This document shows, in pieces, positions 34,307-56,681 of a stretch of 64,000 bases of DNA (the first letter of the stretch is position 1; the number at the start of each line of letters is the position of its first letter). A model generated the notes under the pieces. The model searched no databases. It had not been told where the DNA came from and was given only the letters and a program-made list of their open reading frames with translations. The stretch is from Macrostomum lignano (taxonomy: Eukaryota): contig NIVC01000291.1 of the NCBI GenBank assembly GCA_002269645.1, positions 310,001-374,000 on the forward strand, read 5' to 3'. A program made the position numbers and the translations under genes.

Positions 34307-37300
34307 CACCAGCCCGTGATCCAGTTTAAATCAGTTCGAGCCTGCAATATAGTCAGTGCTCAGCCCGCAAGCTTGCCGGGTCCGACCAGGCCAGGCGAAC
34401 CCCCTGAGGAGTTGAGCTCTTGGATGCTGATCTGCTCAGAATATTTGATGCAGGAGAGCGCGGGGCTGCTCGGGGAGGGCTGCAAGCTGCATTCTTGCAG
34501 ATTAATCCGCAGGCATTGTCATAAAAGCTCGATTTCGCCATTATGGGGGCGAGGGAGTTGGCGAAGCAGCTTGCCGCTGCACTTTTGCTGCGCGCTGCGA
34601 GGCCCAGTGAGACAAAAGATTGGTGTGGGAACGCGGCCATGTTCACTTGCGCCCTGCTGATGTCAGCGCGGGTAGAAATGCTTGCTGAGACTGAGCACTC
34701 GCATGCAGCCTCATTCACCCACACGTGCCTAATAATGATCCTTTCTATTGTGCCATTTGCAGGGTCTAAGGCGGGATCCCAACCAAGGGGGAATTCCTAC
34801 CAAGAGGAAATTCCTATCAAGAGGAAATTCCTGTCAAGAGTGAATCCCTACCAAGAAGGAATCCCCTCCAAGAGGGAATGCCTTCCAAGAGGGAAGTCCT
34901 ACCAAGATAGAATCCCACGAAGAGGGAATCCCTATCAGGAGGGAATCTCTACCAAACCAAGAGGGAATTCCTACCAAGAAGGAATCCCTTCCAAGCGGGA
35001 ATGCCTTCCAAGAGGGAATACCTATCAACAGTGAATCCCTACCCTAGGAAATCCAGTTTATCGGAATACCTCTTAGAGAATTCCTGCTAAAGGGGAATCC
35101 GTATCAGGAGGATATCTCTACCAAACCAAGAGGGAATTCCTACCAAGAAGGTATCCCTTTCAAGTGGGAATCCCCTCCAAGAGGAAATCCCTTCCAAGAG
35201 GGAATGCCTTCCAGGAGGGAATCCCTACCTCGAGGGAATCCCTACCTAGAGGGAATCCCTACCTAGAGGGAATCCCTACCTAGAGGGAATCCCTACCTAG
35301 AGGGAATCCCTACCTCGAGGGAATCCCTACCTAGAGGGAATCCCTACCTAGAGGGAATCCCTACCTAGAGGGAATCCCTACCTAGAGGGAATCCCTATCA
35401 AGAGTGAATCCTTTCGAAGAGTTAATCCCTACCCTAGGAAATCCAGTCCATCGGAATACCTATCTTAGAGAATTCCTACTAAAGGGGAATCCCTACACGG
35501 AAGTATTATCTTATCTGGAAGATTCTTACCAAGGAAATCCTCAAGGGAAACATTTGGTTTTACAATTGCTACAACTGATGGGAATAGCTACCTGTCTCAA
35601 CGTTGGCCTCGATCCCAGTGACTCGCGAAAGTGCGGAATGAAGTATCGGCATTTTCAGGCGAAGCCAAATAGAGCAGGAAGCGCTGGAGCTTTTCAGCAG
35701 CGCATTTAACAAAGAAGTCAAAGAAGCGACTGATGCCATCCAGAACTTTCTATGAAGCAAGTTTCAAAGCCATTAAGCAAGCTGACGCGCATGACACAAG
35801 CCGACCTCGTTAATTAAGCTATTACGTGATCGCTGCTTTGTTTCCTGTAATAAACTTTCTTTTAAGCTTCATCAACCACGACACGCTATCTCATTCCAGG
35901 CATCCGCAAAATCTCTCAATGAATCGCAGCTTGCTGGTGAGTCAAAACTGATACTTTTTAGAGCTGAGATATCCGTGATTAGATCTGATACTCGTACACC
36001 TGTGATTAGATCTGATACACCTGTGATTAGATCTTATACACCTGTGATTAGATCTGATACACCTGTGATTAGATCTGATACACCTCTAATTAGATCTGAT
36101 ACACCTGTAATTAGATCTGATACACCTGTGATTAGATCTGATACACCTGTAATTAGATCTGATACACTTGTAATTAGATCTGATACACCTGTGATTAGAT
36201 CTGATACACCTGTGATTAGATCTGAAAACCCGTGATTAGAGCTGATGAACCCGTGATTAGAGCTGATGAACCTGTGATTAGAGCTGATGAACCCGTAATT
36301 AGAGCTGATGAACCTGTGATTAGATCTGATACACCTGTAATTAGATCTGATAACCCGTGATTAGAGCTGATGAACCTGTGATTAGAGCTGATGAACCTGT
36401 GATTAGATCTGATACACCTGTGATTAGAGCTGATGAACCTGTGATTAGAGCTGATGAACCTGTGATTAGAGCTGATGAACCTGTGATTAGAGCTGATGAA
36501 CCTGTGATTAGATCTGATACACCTGTGATTAGAGCTGATGAACCTGTGATTAGAGCTGATGAACCTGTGATTAGAGCTGATGAACCTGTGATTAGAGCTG
36601 ATGAACCCGTGGTTTGAGCTGATGAACCCGTGGTTTGAGCTAAGCCAGACTCCCTCCACCACATCGCAGACCTCCGAGAAGCTTTCAGCCTGTTCGACAA
36701 GAACGGAGACGGCAACGTGAGCTCGGATGAGCTTGGCGAGGTGATGAAGGCGCTGGGCCAGCGGCCGAGCGAGGCCGAGCTGCGGGACATGATGAAGCAG
36801 GTGGACGAGGACGGTGAGTCACGGTTTGTGTGAGATGTGTGTATGACCTCACTCATTATTTTGGGAATGAGTGTATTCTGTGTGATCACTGAATGATCTA
36901 TTCGGATTCGTATGGCGCCAAAATGATCAGTTTGGATCCGTATGACCTCAAGATGATCAGTTTGGATCTGTATGACCCCCCAGAATGATCAGTTTGGATC
37001 TGTATGACCCCCCAGAATGATCAGTTTGGATCTGTATGACCCCCCAGAATGATCAGTTTGGATCTGTATGACCCCCCAGAATGATCAGTTTGGATCCGTA
37101 TGACCTCAAGATGATCAGTTTGGATCTGTATGACCCCCCAGAATGATCAGTTTGGATCTGTATGACCCCCCAGAATGATCAGTTTGGATCCGTATGACCT
37201 CAAGATGATCAGTTTGGATCTGTATGACCCCCCAGAATGATCAGTTTGGATCTGTATGACCCCCCAGAATGATCAGTTTGGATCCGTATGACCCCCCCCA

Positions 37301-40070
37301 GAATGATCAGTTTGGATCCGTATGACCCCCCAGAATGATCAGTTTGGATCCGTATGACCCCCCCCCCAGAATGATCAGTTTGGATCTGTATGACCCCCCA
37401 GAATGATCAGTTTGGATCCGTATGACCCCCAGAATGATCAGTTTGGATCCGTATGACCCCCCCCCCAGAATGATCAGTTTGGATCAGTATGACCCCCTAG
37501 AATGATCAGTTTGGATCCGTATGACCCCCCAGAATGATCAGTTTGGATCCGTATGACCCCCAGAATGATCAGTTTGGATCCGTATGACCCCCAGAATGAT
37601 CAGTTTGGATCCGTATGACCCGCCTGATCGCTGATTCGAGACGAGAAATTCTGAAAACCCACTGACACATTCAAGTTTACACAGCAGTCTCGGCCAAAGG
37701 GGGGCGAATTGATGAGGCGCGGAAGCTGCAGAGGCGGTGGACATCAGGCCTAAGTTAATAATGCCCTGATTGGAAAGTCATACTTTGTCCCTCAGTCACT
37801 GAGCCTTGCCAGCAGTTTATGCAAGCGCTCATGCACAGGGCTCGCATTGGATTTTGAGTAGAAATTTGATTTCACTTACCGAATCGGGTGCTGAGCGAAT
37901 GGGCTTATGGGGTGCTTCAATGTGCTGCTCCGCCTCGGTAACTGGGGAAAACTGAGTTTATATCCCATCCACTCTATCCCCTCCACTCTATCCACTCCGC
38001 TCTATCCCCTCCACTCTATCCCCTCCACTCTATCCCCTCCACTCTATCCCCTCCACTCTATCCCCTCCACTCTATCCCCTCCACTCTATCCCCTCCACTC
38101 TATCCCCTCCACTCTATCCCCTCCACTCTATCCCCTCCACTCTATCCCCTCCACTCTATCCCCTCCACTCTATCCCCTCCACTCTATCCCCTCCACTCTA
38201 TCCCCTCCACTCTATCCCCTCCACTCTATCCCCTCCACTCTATCCCCTCCACTCTATCCCCTCCACTCTATCCCCTCCACTCTATCCCCTCCACTCTATC
38301 CCCTCCACTCTATCCCCTCCACTCTATCCCCTCCACTCTATCCCCTCCACTCTATCCCCTCCACTCTATCCACTCCATTCTATCCCCTCCACTCTATCCC
38401 CTCCACTCTATCCACTCCATTCTATCCCCTCTACTCTATTTGCATCCACTTTATTCCCTCCATTCTATCCCCTCCACTCCATCCCCTCAACTCTATTCTC
38501 TCCTGTCTACCCCCTCCACTCTATCCCCTCCACTCTATCCACTTCAATCTTTCCACTCCAGTCTATCCCCTCCAACCTATCCCTCCCCAGGTGACGGCAA
38601 CATAGACTTTGATGAGTTCGTTAAGATGATGTCGGACAGGCTGATCACCGAGGCGGAAGTGCAGCGCAAGCGGCAGTCGCGTATGCGGAAGGCCTTTGCG
38701 GTTCGTTGCTGGGGAAGCCAGGACTGCGGCTGCGTCTTACGTGTTTGAATAAAACATGGATTATTTCGCCTACTGCAAGTAGTGTACTGTAGCTATGATT
38801 TTCAGTTCGAAGAGTTTGTCTGCAATGTTTTGTGGTCTGAGCAGTGTGTCTGCAATGGGTGAGCAGTGTGTCTGCAATGGGTGAGCAGTGTGTCTGCAAT
38901 GGGTGAGCAGTGTGTCTGCAATAAGGTGAGCAGTGTGCTGCAATGGGTGAGCAGTGTGTCTGCAATGGGTGAGCAGTGTGTCTGCAATGGGTGAGCAGTG
39001 TGTCTGCAATGGGTGAGCAGTGTGTCTGCAATGGGTGAGCAGTGTGTCTGCAATAAGGTGAGCAGTGTGTCTGCAATAAGGTGAGCAGTGTGTCTGCAAT
39101 GGGTGAGCAGTGTGTCTGCAATGGGTGAGCAGTGTGTCTGCAATGGGTGAGCAGTGTGTCTGCAATAAGGTGAGCAGTGTGTCTGCAATGGGGGAGCAGT
39201 GTGTCTGCAATAAGGTGAGCAGTGTGCTGCAATGGGTGAGCAGTGTGTCTGCAATGGGTGAGCAGTGTGTCTGCAATGGGTGAGCAGTGTGTCTGCAATA
39301 AGGTGAGCAGTGTGTCTGCAATAAGGTGAGCAGTGTGCTGCAATGGGTGAGCAGTGTGTCTGCAATAAGGTGAGCAGTGTGTCTGCAATAAGGTGAGCAG
39401 TGTGTCTGCAATGGGTGAGCAGTGTGTCTGCAATAAGGTGAGCAGTGTGTCTGCAATAAGGTGAGCAGTGTGTCTGCAATAAGGTGAGCAGTGTGTCTGC
39501 AATGGGTGAGCAGTGTGTCTGCAATGGGTGAGCAGTGTGTCTGCAATGGGTGAGCAGTGTGTCTGCAATAAGGTGAGCAGTGTGTCTGCAATAAGGTGAG
39601 CAGTGTGTCTGCAATAAGGTGAGCAGTGTGTCTGCAATAAGGTGAGCAGTGTGTCTGCAATAAGGTGAGCAGTGTGTCTGCAATGGGTGAGCAGTGTGTA
39701 GACCTGCAATGGCTGATTTACCCAACGCAGGTATTCGACTCGGACGGGAACGGGCTGATCGACTCAGCGGAGCTGAAGCGGCTGATGCTCAGCCTGGGGG
39801 AGCAGCTCACCGATGAGGAAGTGGAGCTGATGATGAAGGAGGCCGACCGGAACGAGGACGGCTTTGTAGACTTTGACGGTAAGATGGTTGTCGGGGACTT
39901 ACGAGCGTAAGAGGATAAAAAAGCTAAAAATTAAATTTTAACCCCTATAAGATAATCGCATCACATTCTTTGTTTGCTACTCATCAGTAGGCAATCACGA
40001 CTGCCTTAATTGTCTTTTAGAGTTTGCGGCCGTGCTGACCGAGGGCCCCGCGGCGCCTGACAGTTTCTGA
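32631..40070 (+). CDS. Calmodulin-like 4-EF-hand protein, 6 exons
   Basis: Exons are 32631-32633 (ATG only, as in calmodulin genes), 35900-35936 ([12 protein letters not shown]), 36670-36813, 38591-38700, 39731-39878 and 40021-40070; phases are consistent. EF loops are [36 protein letters not shown] and [12 protein letters not shown]. The exon 1 assignment is less certain than the rest. Confidence 0.85.
32825..34303. repeat. Purine-rich (GAGAGT/GAGGGT)n satellite
   Basis: Direct observation. The 532-aa HS/LT ORF is an artefact. Confidence 0.96.
34770..35540. repeat. Degenerate 17-bp repeat (gggaatccctacctaga) with higher-order duplication
   Basis: A pure array at about 35215-35400 is flanked by duplicated degenerate blocks. 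Confidence 0.85.
35975..36640. repeat. 21-bp minisatellite (tgattagatctgatacacctg / tgattagagctgatgaacctg)
   Basis: About 30 copies of two interleaved variants. Confidence 0.94.
36920..37622. repeat. ~32-bp minisatellite (gaatgatcagtttggatccgtatgacccccca)
   Basis: About 22 copies with a variable C-run. Confidence 0.94.
37962..38585. repeat. 14-bp minisatellite (ctctatcccctcca) running into the exon-4 acceptor
   Basis: More than 30 copies. The terminal units form the polypyrimidine tract. Confidence 0.95.
38835..39700. repeat. 22-bp minisatellite (gagcagtgtgtctgcaatgggt)
   Basis: About 39 copies. Confidence 0.95.
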
Positions 40071-40094
40071 GAGCGGCGGCTGCTCAGAGCTCAG

Positions 40095-40705
40095 CAGCGA
40101 ACTGACATTTTCCCCATGTTTGATGCTTGGGGCTCCCATTTTCCCCATATTTGATGCTCGGGGCTCACATTTTCCCCATGTTTGATGCTCGGGGCTCCCA
40201 TTTTCCCCATGTTTGATGCTCGGGGCTCCCATTTTCCCCATATTTGATGCTCGGGGCTCACATTTTCCCCATGTTTGATGCTCGGGGCTCCCATTTTCCC
40301 CATGTTTGATGCTCGGGGCTCCCATTTTCCCCATATTTGATGCTCGGGGCTCCCATTTTCCCCATGTTTGATGCTCGGGGCTCGATAGAGGGATAGAGGG
40401 AGAGACATAGCGAGAGAGGCGGGGAGACACAGGGAGAGACATAGGGGGAGACACAAGGGGAGACACAGGGAGAGACACAGGGAGAGACACAGGGGGAGAC
40501 ACAGGGAGAGACACAGGGAGAGACACAGGGAGGGACACAGGGAGAGCCTCACGGAGAGACACAGGGAGAGACACAGCGAGAGCCGCAGCGAGAGAGGCGG
40601 GGAGACACAGGGAGAGACACAGGGAGAGACACAGCGAGAGCCGCAGCGAGAGAGGCGGGGAGACACAGGGGGAGACACAGGGAGAGACACAGGGAGAGAG
40701 GTTAG
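40095..40705. repeat. 31-bp minisatellite (ttttccccatgtttgatgctcggggctccca) followed by a 12-bp gggagagacaca array
   Basis: Two adjacent arrays downstream of the calmodulin-like stop. Confidence 0.9.
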
Positions 40706-41611
40706 CAGCACAAACAGCTGATGAACGGCATATGAAGGACAAGTGCCTCGTTACAAAGAGGCTGATAAATAAATTCCAATTCTAAATAAACTGCGAACTT
40801 CCATGGCTCAGAGCGGCCAGCCACTGATATTGTGCACTTATAAAATGAATATTTGACTCTCTGAGAAAAACTTGGCAACCTAAGTTAAGTTTGCCCTGCT
40901 GCAGAGATCAGCGCTTGTGAGGCAGCCGGTTCCTTCTGCCTGATCCCGCCGCCTACAAGCAGGCAGTCCCCCTGCTGAGGATCTCCCGGCCTGGCCCAAT
41001 GGGTTGGGGGGAATTTTCCCACCGCTACCCCCTGGCCGTAGCACAGCGCAGCGATCAATACACGGCGCAGCGCTTGCGCCAATGGAGAAGGGGAGGGACG
41101 AATTGGTTCAGTGAAAAACTTCAGCGACAGCTGGCGCGTAGCTCAGGGACTGCTAAGTTAAATCCAGTCTGGACTGGAGGTGCGGGCTCAGTTCTTCAGT
41201 TTAGACAGGAGCCCGCTTTCGCAGACAAAGTATTGTAATTTCGCCGCAGGCGCGAGTTGAAGCCCGCAATGTGCTTCTAAAATTTGAATTGTCGTAGTTT
41301 ATTTTCTATTATTTATTAGCTACAAGTTGTTCCTCTGACATAGCAATCACGTGATGTACAGATGCTCGCCGATAAAGGACTGCGGGAGGCTCTATCAGTG
41401 CAGTTTTTGCATTTCTGTTCAGCTATGAGACCTGCTCATCGATTCTGCTCAGTTCACTTAGCCGGCTTCCAGTCCAGACGCTCTCTAATTTAGTAGTCCA
41501 TGCGCGCGGGACTGCAAAGGACTGCACACTGCGCGACGCTTATTAGCTGGCATTAGCACGAGGCAGGGCAGACGGGGAGAGACAGAGGGACTCGACCTTC
41601 AGTGCGCTGCC

Positions 41612-50894
<9,283 letters not shown>

Positions 50895-52880
50895 ATCCAA
50901 TAAATAGAAACAGCAGCTATACAGAGTGTACTATATTTACATAGTCAGTATTGAAAGCCTGAAACTCCTTGCCTTAAGATGCACTGCACGACTAGCTAAA
51001 ACCTTAGACATGTAGGTTTAGAATTTGCGAGTTTCTACAATGGCAGAAAGTTGAATCCGCGCACATGCATGGAATCAAAATCTCTATATTCATCTCGATG
51101 ACAATATTTGTGACTGGCTAAGTATGAAGGTTACCACTGCGTTCTAGGACCCACATGTAAGTCTATTTCTCATTCCTAGGCCTATTCCGAGAACGACGGA
51201 GATTGTACGGACCAAGTCACCTGTTTTGAGTTCCAAATACAAGACAAGCTTCTTATCGTCATTTATTTTCATTCTTCCGTTTTTGTGCTAAACTGTTTTA
51301 ATTATTTGCCAAATGAGAAACATTGTCTGGTGATTTTTTGAAGTCCTAGCTGCAGTAATCAAATGAAATAATGTTAAACTTTTTCGTACGAAATATACTG
51401 TATACACTGAGAAAAAATCCCGAGATTGTGATTTTTTATTCTTATATTTCGTGTACTCATTTCTGTCATAAAATATTTTCAAAAATTATGGTAAAGGCTT
51501 TTAATGAACTTGGTACGAAAAAAAATTATCCGTAAAGTATTACTCAACAACAGTTATAACAAAAGGCAAGACAGAAATCTAATTGCTTTGCGGAGTAAGC
51601 TTTAAAAAGCTTTTTTAATTGCACAAAAAAAATTTATGTTTTGATTTATTTTTTTAACATACTTTCGTTGTTGTATTAACAGTATATGTAACAACAGATT
51701 TTATTTTAAACAGGCTCGCTATTTAGATTTTAATATGTAATCTGTATTCTTTAAAGAGATTATATTTAGATAGAAGATCAGGCCGCTAAAGGGCAAGGGA
51801 AAGAGTTGGATTAAAAACAGCTCATTAATCAGCTTGATTACTATAGAAATTTTTTTATTGTTTATTTCTATAAGGAAGTTAATAGTCATTTATTTTAATA
51901 AAATAAAAATGCGCAAAAGCGAAAAATTATTAGGAACATACAAGTATTCCATCAAATTATTAATATATCTACTTTCTAGATCTTGATGCTCAATTAGATG
52001 TGTAATAAATGTGTGAATTAGATGTTAAATGACTTTACCTAACTAAAATTAAAATTAAAGGCAGTATTTGATAGCATTCATATCTGATGGGATAATGTAA
52101 AAATAAACCACTATAGATGCAACAAGATGAAATACTTGGTTTTAGTAAATCATAAAATCCTGTTAATTATCCAATCAAAAGTTTCAAAGAAAATTTGCAT
52201 ATAGGTTAGCTGTGTTAAATTATTTTATAATTTACAATAATATAGTAATATTATTACTGCAATAATATAATAATATAATAATAAATAATAATAATAAATA
52301 TTAATGAGATGGGATAGTTGGCAGCTACTGAAAGAGGGGGGTTAGAATGAGCTAACCTTTTTTCGTTCCTCCCACTTATTTCAGTATCGAAAAAATACTG
52401 AAGTCTAAGGATTTTGACAAGCAAAAGAACAATGACTTGACAATGCTATTTTTATTAACTCATTTCTACAATGTAAAACTTTAAAAGTAAGAGCCCTAAT
52501 TTATTTTGCTGATCATCAAGAAAAAGCAGCAATCTAAATGGCACCATAAGTCAGAAATTTTTCAGCAGTAAAAACGAATATGTTGTGGACCATGGTATTA
52601 TTGTGAAACATAGTGATATACATAGTGAAAAGATATTAAAAAAAACGAGCATTGAGTAATGCTCGTTTTTTTAATTACTTAAATTTAAATTAAGTAATTA
52701 AAATTAATTTATTTAAATTTAAATAGTTAATTTAAATTACTCAATACTCTGCACTGAGTAATTTATATTAAAAATTTCTATCATAATAAAAAAACTGATC
52801 TAAACCTCAAATATCACTATTGCAGCTTAGTGAAATTCTCCCAGCTGAACAAAAAACTTCAAAGCAGTTAATTTGAAGAC

Positions 52881-55476
52881 ATGCCGGGCAAAGGCAAAGG
52901 CGGGAAGCGACGCAAAGGCGGCTCCACGCGGAGCGGCGGAGGCAAGGGCCGGCTCGGGAACATGACGGAGGAGGAGCGGATGATCTACCTGGAGCAGCAG
53001 CGGCTGGCCGAGGAGGAGTACCGCAAGCAGCGCGAGGACTTCCTGAGCGCGTATCTGCAAGTGAGCTGAGTTGTGCATGCGATATCCTATTGATTAGCTA
53101 GGTTAGACATCCCTGTAGTATTATTCTATTCCCTCCTGCACACACCTACCAGTACTCAGGTAAGAAAGGGGGTCCGTAGCCCAGCGGTAGCGCAGATGCT
53201 CTGGTGTGCCAGCGACCCAGGCTCGATTCCAAGTGCAGTCACATTAATTTGGGGCTGAATTGGAATCTCGGCTTGGCTCTGCTCGCGCAATTAACGGCCT
53301 TGAGAGCCAACCCCCCAAGGCGCAGTGAAGTGTACATGCCTAACGATAATATAAAGTTAGGGCCGCTGTACACTCCTGTGTGAGTGTGTGCCTGCGTACG
53401 TATCCGCACGCTTGTATGCCTGCTCAGGGGAGTCGGCGGAATGGGCAATAATGCCTCTCGCCGGTTGTGTGTTGATGTCCCTTAAAGTGCGCCAGGGTGC
53501 ACACAACCCCCTGCCTCTAATAAAAAAATAATAAATACTCAGGTAAGAAGCCAGTGAATCACACTATCTCTCACTGCAGGGAAAAATTACAAACGAGGAG
53601 AAATTCTCGAGGCTCAACCTGCACAAGCTGAACCACCAGTGGCGCAACATCATGCGCGAGGCGAAGTCTCGCGAACTGCGGAAGGACATCGAGATCCTCA
53701 GCCAGACTTTCGAGCGGGTCGTCGACCGCAAGGAGAGCGTCCTGCGGTCGCTGGCCCGCGACATTGAGGAGGCCGACGGCCAGATGAATCTGGCGGTGCG
53801 GGCGCACCTGCAGAACGTGGACCGCCTGGTGGACATCCAGGCTCAGCGGATGCACCGGCTTGGCGAGGAGTACCGAGCCGAGCTGGAGACGGTCCGCGAA
53901 GAGTTCGACTCCGAGGCCGCCTGGGTGGCGGAGCGGCACGCAGCGGAGATGAAGGACCTGCAGGACGTGATGTTCGGCATGAAGGAGAACTTCACCGAGA
54001 AGGAGGTTGACGCCAGGACCGAATTTCACAGCATGCGCGATGAAATCAAGAACCGGGTGGGTACCGGCAGATTTTGAGCTTGTAGACCTGTAGACCCCAG
54101 GAATTTGCAGTGCTCAGTATGCAAATCATTTGCACACACTATAAGAGATTCTCCCAGATTCAGCTGCATATTTCACCCGCTTTGAGTGTACCCTCGCTCT
54201 CAATGACTTTTTTGCCTTCCCAGAACAACGAGGAAAAGCACGCACTGCGCGTCCTGCTCGAGGTGAAAGTTGACGAGTATTGGCGCCAATTCAACGAGGC
54301 CAAGAAGGCCTACAACGAGGCCACCAGAGAGAAGAAGCTCAACTTCGAGAATCTGAAGGCGAAGGACGAGGCCTCAGCCAAGGAGATCGACCGGCAGATG
54401 CGCCGGCTGCAGAAGATTGGCGCGGAGATGAGTAGCCTGAAGCAGCGGATGGCGAGCAACAGCCGCCTGTACGAGGAGCGCAACCGGATGCTGAAGGAGG
54501 AGCGAGAGAAGATGGTGCTGCACTTCCAGCAGCTGAAGGCGCAGATGGCCCGCATCAAGGATCAGCAGCGGCAGCGGCTCACGAAGATGACGCTGGAGAG
54601 CAACGAGGCGCTCAAGGGACTGCGCGCGCAGAACGACAAGGCCGATCGGATTTTGAAGAGCGGTGAGTGAGAACTGGCAATGTTCATGCAGCTGCAGATA
54701 CAGCTTCCGATTGAAGATGGCCGTTCTGATAAAATTTTAAGTCCGGTTTTCTACTGGCATCCGAGCCCCATGGCTGTGGTGGGGCATCTGCCTCTTGTTG
54801 CACCTTGCCCTAAACAAGTGGTAACTTTCTGGCCCAGAACTGCGTTGGTAGATACGGCAAGTTTCGGAATTGCTTCTGCCTTTTTGGAGGCAGTTTAACA
54901 TGAAGCACATCGCACCGTCCGCAACCCCTCCCGCTCATACAGCCGAGATGTGCCGCCGCCTGGAGACGGAGGAGGAGAAGGTGCTGCCGTTCCCAGCGTC
55001 CTCCCTGACCCCGGAGGAGCAGGAGGACCTCAGCGCGGCTGTCCAGGAGGAGCCGCTGGAGCCGCTGGCCAGGGCGGCGAGCAAGTACCGGGGCCTGGAG
55101 GAGTTCTGGCGCCGCTACAACCGCGGCCTGCTGGACAAGCTGGCCCTGGAGAAGGAGCGCTCCGCCCTGCAGGTGGAGAACGGTCAGCTGCGCTCGCTGC
55201 TCAAACAGTACCTGGACGGCGTGTCCGTAAACGAGGAGGTTCTCGCGGCGGCGAACCCGCTGCTCGTCATCAACGGTCGGTCCAACACGGGCGGGTGAGT
55301 CGCCGCGGGCCTGCATTTTTTGCACACGTTTTCAGGTACTTTTGGCTGACATGCGCAATCAGACCGGCCAAATTTGCCTCTCCAGCCTGCAGCCGGCAGC
55401 AGCCGATCCGCGGGTCCGGGCCGCCCCCACGGTGACTGTGGAGGCCGGCAACGAAGTTCGGAACAGGAAGGCCTGA
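52881..55476 (+). CDS. CCDC65: Dynein regulatory complex subunit 2 (CCDC65/DRC2), 5 exons
   Basis: [62 protein letters not shown] and [17 protein letters not shown] parallel recalled CCDC65. Exons are 52881-53060, 53580-54056, 54224-54662, 54943-55294 and 55386-55476. AATAAA lies at about 55535. Confidence 0.93.
53167..53535 (+). mobile_element. Full-length tRNA-derived SINE (family A), long variant, in CCDC65 intron 1
   Basis: A and B boxes and an A-rich tail are present. A perfect 14-bp TSD tactcaggtaagaa lies at 53153-53166 and 53536-53549. A 53-bp segment (53240-53292) is absent from the 24432 copy. Confidence 0.92.
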
Positions 55477-56681
55477 CGGACCGCGGCAGCTGTTTAAAGT
55501 GCGACCTTGTGCAATGTTTTAACTATTACTGTGCAATAAATACTTCATGTTTTACTTAAAGTAAGCTTACAAAATATTTTTTTATTCAACACCGCAATTA
55601 CTCTTTGCTTATATTTGTGAGACACTTTTCATTTCTCAACAACTGAAACAGCTGTTAGCTGAGAAACTCGTTTTATCCTTTTATTCCTGCAAATACAAAA
55701 AATCAAGGCCAGCGGGAAAGGCTCGATTTCTTTACCGAGTTTAAAGCCAGCAAATTCGTGTAGATGTGCTGATTTGACGGCTCTTTTAACAGCACCGAAC
55801 CAGAGACAAGAGTCTCCTGACTACCTGGTGAGCCAAATTTGGTTTTTGATGAGGCTGGAGTCATACCTGGTGAGGTAGTATTTGATGAGGCAAGAGTCAC
55901 ACCTAGTGAGGTGGGGTGCTTGATAAGGCTACTCGTAAAGTCACACCTGGTGAGCCACGTGTAGTGTTTGATGAGGCGACTTCACACTGCACATGCAGAA
56001 AATGTCTACAATTTTCAGTTCACCTGACTATAAGACTCAGGAGAGAAAGAATGAAATGATCATTGAGTAATTTGAGTAATGTCTCATAGCTAAGCTTTTA
56101 ATCGGTATAGTGCCAGTGTTTTGAAGCTAGCATATTTGTCATAAACAATACCAGCAGGATTAAACTGGTCAGGCTAGCGTATTTGTCAAAAACAATACCA
56201 AGATTCAGCTGCCGTTATTTTTGTGAATTCATGCGCATAAATAGGAGCACAGCAGCAATTTTAAAACCAACGGATTTTCCAGCAGCCGGCTTCAGGCGGT
56301 TGAAAGCGTAGAACTCAGCGTGTAGAGCCAGAACCTTGGATCCTGCAGCACCGCTCAGCGTGCGACCCTGCCATGAGCTGGACAGGCTATCTGCGCACAG
56401 CGGCTTATCAGGGGCAGGCCGCGCTGCCCAGCCCTCCGCCCGTCACACCTTGCTCGAGGATTAGCTGGAGCAAGTCGCTCATAGGCGGCCCGCAAAAGTA
56501 CCAATTGAAGGAACACACAGAGCAGGTCGCAGAAACAGTTTTCCTAGCAAAACAAAACGCGGCACAATTGCTTTTGTTTTTCTCCAGAGGACCAAAATAT
56601 TTTCAACCACTTTATCCGCTTTAAAAGGCCGCATGGGGAGCGCCGGGCTAGTGAAATCAAGCTCAAGCTGCTTGATCAGCC

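Noticed and set aside
34316-34724. Overlapping 114-163-aa ORFs on both strands in calmodulin-like intron 1
   Set aside because: No recognisable protein. One phase-compatible exon (34512-34606) can be drawn, but several incompatible models fit equally well.
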